Source: an uncultured Ruficoccus sp.
GTDB taxonomy: Bacteria > Verrucomicrobiota > Verrucomicrobiia > Opitutales > Cerasicoccaceae
Assembly (NCBI GenBank): GCA_965140785.1
Contig: OZ223500.1
Coordinates: forward strand, 1-36,698
Direction: 5' to 3'
Length of the DNA stretch: 36,698 nucleotides
A program made the position numbers and the translations under genes. A model generated the notes under the pieces. It was not told where the DNA came from. It did not search any database and saw only the letters and a program-made list of their open reading frames with translations. Of this stretch, positions 17,652-25,970 are shown piece by piece. How positions within the stretch are numbered: the first letter of the stretch is position 1; every line of letters starts with the position of its first letter.

Positions 17652-19058
17652 ATGGCCTTCGATCTGAAAGCAATTATCACTGAGCGGCAGGGCGAAAACT
17701 ACGACCTGCACCACAAGTACGTCAACCGTACCCTAGCCAAAGTGCTGGGCACAATCGGCTTTGACAAGGTCTACGCACGCGCCGAGGGCTCCTATCTGTA
17801 CGATATGGACGGGCGCGACTACCTGGATTTTCTCAGCGGCTACGGCGTCTATAACATGGGGCGCAACCACCCGGTCGTGCGCAAGGCGATCGAAGACGTC
17901 CTCGCCATGGACCTGCCCAACATGGTGCAGATGGACTGTGCCCTGCTCAGCGGTCTGCTGGCCGAGAAGGTGGTCGCGATCACCCCGCCCCACCTCGACG
18001 CGTGCTTCTTCTGCAACTCCGGCACCGAAGCCGTCGAGGGCGCGCTCAAGTTCGCCCGCGCCGCCACCGGCCGCACCCGCATTCTGAGCCTCGCGGGCGC
18101 CTACCACGGCCTCAGCTACGGTTCGCTCAGCGCCACCCACAACGAGCAGTTCCAGGAGGGCTTTGGTCCCTTCCTCCCGGGTGTGGAGAAAGTCGCCTAC
18201 AACGACGTGGCCGACCTCGAAGCCAAGCTCAAGCAGGGCGACGTGGCCGCGTTCATTGCCGAGCCCGTCCAGGGCAAGGGCGTCCACATCCCCGACGAGC
18301 ATTACTTCCCCGCCGCCCAGGATCTCTGCCGCAAGTACGGGGCGCTCTTCATCGCCGACGAGGTCCAGACCGGCCTCGGACGCACCGGCAAGCTTTTCGG
18401 CTTCCAGCACTGGGACCTCGAACCGGACATCATCACAATGGCCAAGGCCCTCTCCGGCGGCTATGTGCCCTGCGCAGCCATCGTCACCACCCGTAAGATT
18501 TATCAGGGCGTCTTCTCTCGGCTGGACCGCTGCGTGGTCCACTCCACCACTTTTGGTCGCAACAATCTCGCCATGGCGTGCGGCCTCGCCTCGCTCGAAA
18601 TCCTCCATTCCGAGAACTTGGTCGAGAACAGCCGGGTGATGGGCGAAAAGCTCATGGAGGGCCTGCGCGCCCTCGCCTCCAAGCACGACCTGATCAAGGA
18701 AGTCCGCGGCAAGGGCTGCATGATCGCAATCGAGTTCCAGCAGCCCCGCTCCCTCAAGCTGAAAATGGCATGGAAGGCCATTCACAAGGTGGACAAGGGC
18801 TTATTCGCGCAGATGGTGGTCAGTACCCTGCTGGACCGCCACCGCATCCTCACCCACGTGGCCGGGCACAACATGGACGTGGTCAAGCTGCTGCCCCCGC
18901 TCATCATTGGTGAAAAGGAAGTCGAACGCTGCATCCAGGCTTTCGACGACGTGCTCGTGCAGGTCACGCGCTTCCCCGGCCCGATGTGGGAGTTCGGCAC
19001 CAATCTGGTCAAGACCGCCATCGGTCAGAAGCGCCAGAAGCAGACCGCGCAGGCGTAG
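17652..19058 (+). CDS. hpnO: Class III PLP aminotransferase, HpnO-like (aminobacteriohopanetriol synthesis)
   Basis: YLDFLSGYGVYNMGRNHP, NSGTEAVEGALKFAR, DEVQTGLGRTG, AKALSGG. Features I recall as HpnO-typical: the N-terminus, RCVVHSTTF, PRSLKLK, GLFAQM, VAGH..VKLLPPL and the C-terminal PG.MW.FG..LV. Confidence 0.75.
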   Translation: MAFDLKAIITERQGENYDLHHKYVNRTLAKVLGTIGFDKVYARAEGSYLYDMDGRDYLDFLSGYGVYNMGRNHPVVRKAIEDVLAMDLPNMVQMDCALLSGLLAEKVVAITPPHLDACFFCNSGTEAVEGALKFARAATGRTRILSLAGAYHGLSYGSLSATHNEQFQEGFGPFLPGVEKVAYNDVADLEAKLKQGDVAAFIAEPVQGKGVHIPDEHYFPAAQDLCRKYGALFIADEVQTGLGRTGKLFGFQHWDLEPDIITMAKALSGGYVPCAAIVTTRKIYQGVFSRLDRCVVHSTTFGRNNLAMACGLASLEILHSENLVENSRVMGEKLMEGLRALASKHDLIKEVRGKGCMIAIEFQQPRSLKLKMAWKAIHKVDKGLFAQMVVSTLLDRHRILTHVAGHNMDVVKLLPPLIIGEKEVERCIQAFDDVLVQVTRFPGPMWEFGTNLVKTAIGQKRQKQTAQA

Positions 19059-19068
19059 GTGGTTATTC

Positions 19069-19225
19069 TTTGTTCTTGGTCATTGGTTACTAGTCATTTG
19101 TCATTAGTGATGAGGATGAGCGGGAGCGCCATGAAAATCAGCAACCTGGATTCACGTCCAGGTTCGGTTGGCCATGGAGCAGACACTTTCCACTCCAATG
19201 CCTCCTAACCAATGATCACCAACAC
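19069..19225. repeat. TT(G/T)GTCA heptamer array with a shorter inverted arm, after hpnO
   Basis: tttgttc-ttggtca-ttggtta-ctagtca-tttgtca-ttagtga (19069-19110). TAACCAATGA (19206-19215) is the exact reverse complement of 19080-19089. Confidence 0.8.
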
Positions 19226-19296
19226 TTTTTGCTGGCCTTTGGCCTTAATGCGCTAGAGGTTTGACCGAGTAGAATCGTATCATATTCTCCTCAAAT

Positions 19297-20052
19297 ATGC
19301 CTCCCACTACGGATCAGCGACTGGCAGCAAGAACTCCGGACGGCAACGCGCCGCTGGTATTTCTGCAAAACTGGGAAAATCTTCTGCTGCTGCACTGGAA
19401 GGTCGATCCGGATTTGATTCAGGCCACCCTGCCGCCCGGCCTGCATGTGGACACCGCCGATGACAGCGCCTGGCTGAGCATTGTGCCCTTTTCCATGACC
19501 TGGGCCCGGCCCCGACGCTTGCCCGCCCTGCCCTTCCTTTCGCACTTTCTGGAGCTGAACGTGCGCACCTATGTTTATGACGACGAGGGCAGACCCGGTG
19601 TGTGGTTCTACTCGCTCGACTGCAGCAGCGCCCCCGCCGTCTGGATCGCCCGCAAGTTTTTCAAGCTCCCGTATTTCCAGGCCCGGATGAAGGCCGCCAT
19701 CACCGACGACGTGCACTACACCTGCCGCCGGGCCGACCGCTACGGCGGCGCTCCCTACGGCAGCTACCGCCTCTCGGTCTTCCGCTACAGCGGCCAGGGG
19801 CAGATCCGCATCCCCGAGGACCCCGAGTCGCTGCCCTTCTTCCTGCTGGAGCGTTATTACTTCTACGCCTGGGACGGACAGAAGGTCCGCCGCGGCCAGG
19901 TCGCCCACCGGCCTTACCGCTATCAGGAAGCCGATGTAGCCACCTTCGACATTATCCCGCTCTGCCTGGACGACCTCCCGTTGCCTTCGACCCCACCCGA
20001 CCTCAAGCACTACGTGGACAAGGTCAAGGTGGACGTCTACGGCCTGCAATAG
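19297..20052 (+). CDS. DUF2071 (YqjF-like) protein
   Basis: QNWENLLLLHW, LPPGLHVD, FLELNVRTYV, PGVWFYSLD, LPYFQARM, FFLLERY. Confidence 0.88.
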   Translation: MPPTTDQRLAARTPDGNAPLVFLQNWENLLLLHWKVDPDLIQATLPPGLHVDTADDSAWLSIVPFSMTWARPRRLPALPFLSHFLELNVRTYVYDDEGRPGVWFYSLDCSSAPAVWIARKFFKLPYFQARMKAAITDDVHYTCRRADRYGGAPYGSYRLSVFRYSGQGQIRIPEDPESLPFFLLERYYFYAWDGQKVRRGQVAHRPYRYQEADVATFDIIPLCLDDLPLPSTPPDLKHYVDKVKVDVYGLQ

Positions 20053-20110
20053 CCGGGCATGCCTACCCCCTGAATGTTTTTGCGCATCCGCATGGGGCTC
20101 CGCCCCATCG
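20052..20110. repeat. Multi-hairpin REP-like element, copy 3
   Basis: GCCGGGCATGCC...GCATCCGC-ATGGGGC-TCC-GCCCCAT-CG directly after the DUF2071 stop. Confidence 0.6.
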
Positions 20111-20270
20111 GAGCCAGACAGGCGCCTGCCCCGACAACGGTCCGCTCGGAAAAACAGCGCCGACTCCGTACGGAGGTTGCGGGCCGTAAGTGCTGATTAA
20201 AACGAAAGTGCTCTAAGGCGAAAGTGCGCGGAGGATACTGGCCCAGCGGGCTCCAGCCGGACGACCTCGC

Positions 20271-20822
20271 CTACTCCTTGAAAAACGCCCCCACGCGGGC
20301 GACGATTTCCTCGACCGGGGCGAGCTTGCCCTCGCCCTCGTAACCGCAGGCGAGCATGCCGCTCTGCTGAGGCTCGATAAACTGCACCCCCCGCTCGCGC
20401 AGGAGCTTGAGGTTGGCCTGGGTGGCCGGATGGCGGTACATCTTGCCGTTCATGGCCGGAGCGATCATGACCGGAGCCAGCGTGGCCAGGTAAATCGAGG
20501 TCAACTGGTCCGGCGCCAGCCCGTGGGCGAAGCAGCCGATGATGTTCGCGGTGGCCGGAGCGACGAGAAAGAGGTCCGCCTTGTCGGCCAGCTCGATGTG
20601 GCCCGGTTGCCAGCCCTCGCCCTCGCGCCACAAATCGGTACCGACCGGGTTGCGCGAAAGGGTTTGGAGCGTGATCGGGCCGACAATGTGGGTGGCCTCT
20701 TTCGTCATCACGCAGTGGACACTGGCGCCCAGGCGGGTGAGTTGGGAGGCCAGATCGGCGGCTTTATAAGCGGCGATGGAGCCGGTCACACCCAGGATGA
20801 TGGTTTTGCCTATCATTGGCAT
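20271..20822 (-). CDS. coaC: Stand-alone phosphopantothenoylcysteine decarboxylase (HFCD flavoprotein)
   Basis: ILGVTGSIAAYKA, HIELA, APATAN, APAMNGKMY, LACG..GEGKLA. Ends without a CoaB domain. Confidence 0.85.
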   Translation of the reverse strand: MPMIGKTIILGVTGSIAAYKAADLASQLTRLGASVHCVMTKEATHIVGPITLQTLSRNPVGTDLWREGEGWQPGHIELADKADLFLVAPATANIIGCFAHGLAPDQLTSIYLATLAPVMIAPAMNGKMYRHPATQANLKLLRERGVQFIEPQQSGMLACGYEGEGKLAPVEEIVARVGAFFKE

Positions 20823-20886
20823 AATAACGACGTTCTAGATAGTTCGTAGCCGGATTGCAGCCCGAAAATAGCACCGAATCGCAGCC

Positions 20887-20915
20887 TTGACAACCGCCCC
20901 CGACAAACGGATATT
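20887..20915 (+). promoter_or_regulatory. Putative sigma70 promoter of the leader peptide/leuA unit
   Basis: TTGACA (20887-20892), 17-nt spacer, GATATT (20910-20915), 9 nt before the leader ATG. Confidence 0.55.
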
Positions 20916-20924
20916 AAACACCTC

Positions 20925-20975
20925 ATGAATTTCGTCGAATTCCGCCGCCTTCTTGGTTTGGCGCTTCTCCCCTGA
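20925..20975 (+). CDS. Leucine-rich leader peptide MNFVEFRRLLGLALLP (putative leuA attenuator; not in the ORF track)
   Basis: 16 sense codons with 5 Leu in the last 8 (CTT CTT . TTG . CTT CTC). The stop lies in the loop of the hairpin TCTCCCC-TGAG-GGGGAGA, upstream of leuA. Confidence 0.8.
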   Translation: MNFVEFRRLLGLALLP

Positions 20976-21149
20976 GGGGGAGACGCGGGATGACACATGC
21001 CCCCAGGGCGGGGCTCGGCCGTGAAACGGCCACTCGGACACACCTTTGAGCGAGCTTTTGCAGACGCCTGGTGTCCACTTCTGCGCAGGGCAGGGAAAAT
21101 ATCCCGTCTTGCACCCAAACCGGCACCACCCAAAAAATCGGGTCGCATC

Positions 21150-21200
21150 AGCTATTTGCCATTTATCAATCAGCAATTAGCGATTAACCATTAATCAGCT
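21150..21200. repeat. Degenerate heptamer tract immediately before the leuA start
   Basis: tttgccat-ttatcaa-tcagcaa-ttagcga-ttaacca-ttaatca; same family as the right arms at 2855 and 10741. Confidence 0.65.
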
Positions 21201-21204
21201 TTTC

Positions 21205-22920
21205 ATGAAACCCTCCAGTATCCACAAATACGTCCCCTTCCACCGGCGCTTCAGCATCCCGCTGAAGGACCGCCAATGGCCGGACCGCGTGATCGAGCAG
21301 GCGCCCATCTGGTGCAGCGTCGATTTGCGCGACGGCAATCAGGCCCTCGCCATCCCGATGAATATCGAGGAGAAGCTGGAGATGTTCCGCCTGCTCGTGC
21401 AGGTCGGCTTCAAGCAGATCGAGGTGGGCTTCCCCTCGGCCTCGCAGACGGAGTTCGACTTCCTGCGCCGCTTGGTCGAACAGGGCGAGATCCCTGACGA
21501 CGTGCAGGTGCAGATCCTGGTCCAGGCCCGCGAACATCTGATCCGGCGCTCCTTCGAGGCCTTAAAGGGAGTCAAGCGCGCCATCGTGCACCTCTACAAC
21601 TCCACCTCGCCCTTGCAGCGCAAGATCACCTTCTCGGACTCCAGCAAGGACGACATCAAGGCCATCGCCATCAAGGGAGCGCAACTGGTGCGCCAGTTGG
21701 CCGACGAGGCAGAGGCCGAAGGCAGCGAGATTACCATGGAGTACTCGCCCGAGAGCTTCAACGACACCGAAATCGACTACGCGATCGAGATCTGCGAAGC
21801 CGTCATGGACGTGTGGAAGCCCACCGTCGAGCGCCGTATGATCCTGAACCTGCCCGCGACCGTCGAGTGGACCACCCCCAACGTCCACGCAGACCAGATC
21901 GAGTACTTCTGCCGCACACTGAAAGGGCGCGAAAAGGTCTGGATATCCCTGCACACTCACAACGACCGGGGCACCGGCGTGGCCGCCACCGAGCTGGGCC
22001 TGCTGGCCGGGGCCGATCGGGTCGAGGGCACGCTCTTCGGCAACGGCGAGCGCACCGGCAACCTCGATATTGTCAACGTCGCCCTGAACATGAACAGCCA
22101 CGGCATCGACACCGCGCTGGACTTCTCCAACCTGCCGCACATACGCGAGGTGTACGAACGCTGCACCCGCATGAGCGTGCATGAGCGCCACCCCTACGGC
22201 GGCGAGTTGGTCTTCACGGCCTTCTCCGGCAGCCATCAGGACGCGATTAAGAAGGGCCTGGACCGCATGCGTAAAAACCCGGCCCGCCGGGATAACGGCG
22301 CGCCCGCCTGGGAGGTGCCGTACCTGACCATCGACCCCGAGGACATCGGCCGCACCTATGAGGCCATCATCCGCATCAACAGCCAGAGCGGCAAGGGAGG
22401 CGTGGCCTATATCATGGACACCGAGCATGGCCTGGAGTTGCCCAAAAGCATGCACCCCGAGGTCGGTATGGTCGTCAACAACGAGGCCGACCGCCTGCAA
22501 AAGGAACTCAACGCTGACGAGATCGGCGAGGTCTTCGAGAAGCACTTCGTCAACCTGTCTGAGCCGCTGGCCATGGGCGAATACGAGCTGTTCCACCAGA
22601 CCGAGACCCCCGGCATGGTCCGTTGTATCGCACAAGTCACCTACAAGGGAAGCCCGCTCCAGGTCGAGGGCACCGGCAACGGCCCCATCAGCGCCTTCGT
22701 CGATGCCATCGAGCAACAGGGCTGGAAGAACTTCCGCCTGACCGACTACCGTTCCCACGCCGTGGGCAAGGGCTCGGCCTCCAACGGCGCGGCCTACATC
22801 CAGCTCCAGGACGTGGACAGCGGGCGGTTGACCTGGGGTTGCGGTATCGACACCTCCATCGAGATGGCGGGCCTGAAAGCCCTCGTCTCGGCCTTCAACC
22901 GCCTCCAACCCGCCGACTAA
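21205..22920 (+). CDS. leuA: 2-isopropylmalate synthase (actinobacterial/yeast-type LeuA)
   Basis: APIWCSVDLRDGNQAL, IEVGFPSAS, YSPESF, NLPATVE, SLHTHNDRGTG, GTLFGNGERTGN, HPYGGELVFTAFSGSHQDAI, IRINSQSGKGG, regulatory domain GNGPISAF. Confidence 0.97.
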   Translation: MKPSSIHKYVPFHRRFSIPLKDRQWPDRVIEQAPIWCSVDLRDGNQALAIPMNIEEKLEMFRLLVQVGFKQIEVGFPSASQTEFDFLRRLVEQGEIPDDVQVQILVQAREHLIRRSFEALKGVKRAIVHLYNSTSPLQRKITFSDSSKDDIKAIAIKGAQLVRQLADEAEAEGSEITMEYSPESFNDTEIDYAIEICEAVMDVWKPTVERRMILNLPATVEWTTPNVHADQIEYFCRTLKGREKVWISLHTHNDRGTGVAATELGLLAGADRVEGTLFGNGERTGNLDIVNVALNMNSHGIDTALDFSNLPHIREVYERCTRMSVHERHPYGGELVFTAFSGSHQDAIKKGLDRMRKNPARRDNGAPAWEVPYLTIDPEDIGRTYEAIIRINSQSGKGGVAYIMDTEHGLELPKSMHPEVGMVVNNEADRLQKELNADEIGEVFEKHFVNLSEPLAMGEYELFHQTETPGMVRCIAQVTYKGSPLQVEGTGNGPISAFVDAIEQQGWKNFRLTDYRSHAVGKGSASNGAAYIQLQDVDSGRLTWGCGIDTSIEMAGLKALVSAFNRLQPAD

Positions 22921-22949
22921 GCTCTCCAACTGAGTCCATTTTTACAGCG

Positions 22950-22979
22950 ACAGGCTGCTCTTACCGGGCAGCCTGTTTT
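22950..22979 (+). terminator. Intrinsic terminator after leuA
   Basis: Stem ACAGGCTGCTC / GGGCAGCCTGT (one G-U pair), loop TTACC, followed by a short T run. Confidence 0.7.
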
Positions 22980-23125
22980 ATGCCCTCCGCCCGCCTGCAT
23001 GGGCGCGCCGCCGCCTCGATAAGCACCGTGCACACGCTGTGAAAAAAATCGAAAAAATGCACCGCTGCCGCTCCTTCCCGCCTTCGGGGTTGTACTTTCC
23101 CGGCTCCGGTATAAGCTGAGGAATC

Positions 23126-24094
23126 ATGCGGCCGAGTTACTTTCTGCTGTTTTCCGCTGGGCTGGCCCTAGCCAGTACGGCGGGTTACCTTTACATCACG
23201 CGGCAGGAGCAGCCTGGCACCCAGGCGGATAAGTCACCCGCCGGGGAGCAGCCCGGCCTCGAAGACATCGCCGAGGAGTGGCAGCGGCAGATCGACCAGT
23301 TCGACCCGAACGCCGTCCGCTCGAACACCACCAACCAGTTGGCTGCCCTGCTCGACATGGAGACCGACACCCTGCGCGAGATCGACAAAGACTTGGATAA
23401 AAAATCCTCCGGCAAAGAGCAGGCAGACTCCAAACCGACCGAAGAGACAGACGCCCCCGATGAACCCGCCGCCCCCCAGCAACCGCCCGGCCCCGAGCCC
23501 GCCAACCGCACAAACACCCCGGAGGCCGATGGCTCCGCTCCTCCAACCTTGACCGACCTCGAAACCCTTCGCAACCAGACCGAAGCCCTGACGCAGCGTA
23601 AGGTCGTGCACGGCAAAACTTACCCCTACCGGCTAGCCGTTCCCGCCGGGTGGAAGATCCTTTCCAATGAGCCGGAGCGTTGCGTGCTGGCCTGGGAGGA
23701 GAATATCTTCGTCTTTATCGAAACCGGTCCGTGGAATACCACGCAGGAGGAATGGGCGCGTAAATCCCTCGCCGACGTGATCGCGGCCTACCCCGGCATG
23801 CAACTGGCCGGTCAGGATCAGTTGGAGATCGACGCCCGCCCCTGGCTGGAGCTTATCCTGCGTGAAAGCGGCGCCATCCATACCAATCCGCGCGAAATGC
23901 TGCTACTGACTTACGGTGCCCGCAAGCACGGCAGCTACCGCATTGTCATCTCCGGGCAGGCCCACGCGCTGGACCGTCAGGTGGAGGCGGTCAACCAGTT
24001 GCTCAGCACCTGGCACTTCCCGCCGGATAATTTCCAACCCGAGAACGTCTCATCGGTCCGCGTTTACGTGGATGGGCAGCGGCAGTACTTTTAG
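23126..24094 (+). CDS. Hypothetical membrane-anchored protein with Pro-rich linker and possible PsbP/Mog1-like C-terminal domain
   Basis: N-terminal hydrophobic segment, acidic Pro-rich linker, YRLAVPAGW, IDARPW, C-terminal VNQLLSTWHF. Confidence 0.7.
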   Translation: MRPSYFLLFSAGLALASTAGYLYITRQEQPGTQADKSPAGEQPGLEDIAEEWQRQIDQFDPNAVRSNTTNQLAALLDMETDTLREIDKDLDKKSSGKEQADSKPTEETDAPDEPAAPQQPPGPEPANRTNTPEADGSAPPTLTDLETLRNQTEALTQRKVVHGKTYPYRLAVPAGWKILSNEPERCVLAWEENIFVFIETGPWNTTQEEWARKSLADVIAAYPGMQLAGQDQLEIDARPWLELILRESGAIHTNPREMLLLTYGARKHGSYRIVISGQAHALDRQVEAVNQLLSTWHFPPDNFQPENVSSVRVYVDGQRQYF

Positions 24095-24267
24095 GCAGGC
24101 CGGGAGAAGGATTCCAGGCAGAGCCCAGGATATATCGATTTCATTTAGTCGCTGCTAAGAAATAGAACGAGGCCCGCACGCCCCCGATTGTTACGATTTC
24201 CCTCAAGGCCGAGGGGAATGAAAATTACGCTGACAGCACTGCGCTTTGCCTTTCTGATACACGCTCC

Positions 24268-25146
24268 ATGACGACCGCTCTCACCGCCCGTCTCTCCCAT
24301 CTTTTCTCCCATGGGCCGCGCCTGCTCGCCGCCGGACTCCTGCTCAGCCTGCCCGGTTGGAGTGGCTGCTTCACCTCGGAACCAGCCACGATCACGGCGG
24401 AGCAGATCAGCAACCCCACCGCCGGCGCACGCGGCTATCAGATCGCCGTCCCGCCCGGCTACAGCGCCGTCAATCTGCCCGAGTACCTCCCGCACGTCCC
24501 CTTCACCCAGGAGTGGCTCGCCACGGAGGAGGCCGCGCCCTTTTCGGGCATTGCCCAGACCCAGGCCCTGGAACTCAAGCTGCTCGCCGATCATCTGCTC
24601 TACCGCCGCCCCAACTACCGGGCCTACTTCAGCATCAGCGGCGAGGACGTCCTGCTCTTTCCCACGGCCCAGGCCGATCAGCCCGCCCCTTCGCCCTTCC
24701 TCGTTTTCAGCCTCATCACCGTCCGCAACGCCACCGGCACACCGGCCTTCCCCACCCTGGGCAAGGGCAACCTCAACGCCTTCGGCAACTGGATGGCCGG
24801 CTCCCTGAAGGAACAGGCCACCGAGATCCGGGTAGAGACCCGCTCCCTCATGGGCCGCGACTGGCTCTGGCTGAGCGCCCGCCTGTCCGATCCACTGCTC
24901 ATCACCGAGGACTCCGAAAAGGCACCCGTGGCTGCCCCGGAAACGGCCCCCCGCCCGGCTCCCTCCCCCGGCAGCGCCGGTAATAACACCCCCGAGTCGT
25001 GGAACCTGCTCTACGTGGCCACCCTCAGCAGCGGCACCTATCTCTATGCCATCCAGGGCTGGAGCCACCCCGAGGATACCAAGGCCCTCGTGGACGCGGT
25101 GGAGGAGATGATCCTCTCCCTCGACCTGGCCCCCGCCAAAAATTAG
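24268..25146 (+). CDS. Hypothetical probable lipoprotein
   Basis: Hydrophobic stretch ending WSGC; RGYQIAVPPGY, LMGRDW, VEEMILSLDL. Confidence 0.7.
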   Translation: MTTALTARLSHLFSHGPRLLAAGLLLSLPGWSGCFTSEPATITAEQISNPTAGARGYQIAVPPGYSAVNLPEYLPHVPFTQEWLATEEAAPFSGIAQTQALELKLLADHLLYRRPNYRAYFSISGEDVLLFPTAQADQPAPSPFLVFSLITVRNATGTPAFPTLGKGNLNAFGNWMAGSLKEQATEIRVETRSLMGRDWLWLSARLSDPLLITEDSEKAPVAAPETAPRPAPSPGSAGNNTPESWNLLYVATLSSGTYLYAIQGWSHPEDTKALVDAVEEMILSLDLAPAKN

Positions 25147-25238
25147 CCCCATCCATAACCATCATTAGCCCCAGCCTTAATCACGGCCAGCCCCGAATCG
25201 ACCTCGCCGCGGTACGGCCCATCACGCATAACCCTGAC

Positions 25239-25904
25239 ATGCGCTGCGCTTACGTCACCCTCCTTCTGACCGTAGCGGCACTGCTGGGCGGCTGCCTCAC
25301 CCTTCAGCCTCCCGCGATCACAGCCAACAGCGTCAGCCTCCAGGATGTCGGACGCCGGGGCTTCTCCTTTCCGATCCCGCCCGGCTACCAGGCCAGCAGC
25401 CCGGAAGAGTTTCAGCAGTTGGTGGATGATAACACCGCCGCATACTCCCAAGCGCTCATGCATTACATGACGGCGTTCAACCAGGCCAACCGCCTCAGTA
25501 GTCAGTCCGTTTTCATCTATCGCAAGGACGAGATCGTCAGTGGAAAACCGGGTACAATCGTGCTCTTTACCTACAAAATCGTCTCCGGTCAGGAACCGTT
25601 CGACCAGCACACCGCCCGCCGTGATCAGAGACTGCTGAAAGAGACTAATCGCATCATGTACAATCTCAAATCGGACACCAAGATCACCGCAAGCGAAATC
25701 ATCACAATCCATGGTCGTCCCTGGTCCATCGTGATAGCAGTGTCCACAAACCAGAAGTGGGACAAAATCAACCTCATCGTCTACTCGCTGGCCACCTTTG
25801 GCGACCTCAACGAAATCTATCAATTCAACGCCATGACCTACTCCGGCAAGGGTAGCAACGGGATCAATCTTGTGGACTACATGGCCGAGCGTATGGAAAT
25901 CTAG
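25239..25904 (+). CDS. Hypothetical lipoprotein, paralogous to the upstream ORF
   Basis: Start reassigned to ATG 25239: MRCAYVTLLLTVAALLGGC (lipobox). RGFSFPIPPGY, IHGRPW. Confidence 0.72.
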   Translation: MRCAYVTLLLTVAALLGGCLTLQPPAITANSVSLQDVGRRGFSFPIPPGYQASSPEEFQQLVDDNTAAYSQALMHYMTAFNQANRLSSQSVFIYRKDEIVSGKPGTIVLFTYKIVSGQEPFDQHTARRDQRLLKETNRIMYNLKSDTKITASEIITIHGRPWSIVIAVSTNQKWDKINLIVYSLATFGDLNEIYQFNAMTYSGKGSNGINLVDYMAERMEI

Positions 25905-25970
25905 CGCACGTGCGTTTTAATCTGTCGCTCTGCCTGGCCCCAGGCGCACAGAGGGGTCGAGCCGCCCGCC

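Noticed and set aside
17652..19058. Calling the aminotransferase argD because argH is in the window
   Set aside because: It is about 10 kb from argH, and its N- and C-terminal extensions and PRSLKLK insert fit HpnO better.
21562..22929. 455-aa antisense ORF, and similar ones at 3715-4743, 15440-16405 and 17733-18785
   Set aside because: They mirror well-supported genes on the opposite strand, as expected from GC3 bias, and show no motifs.
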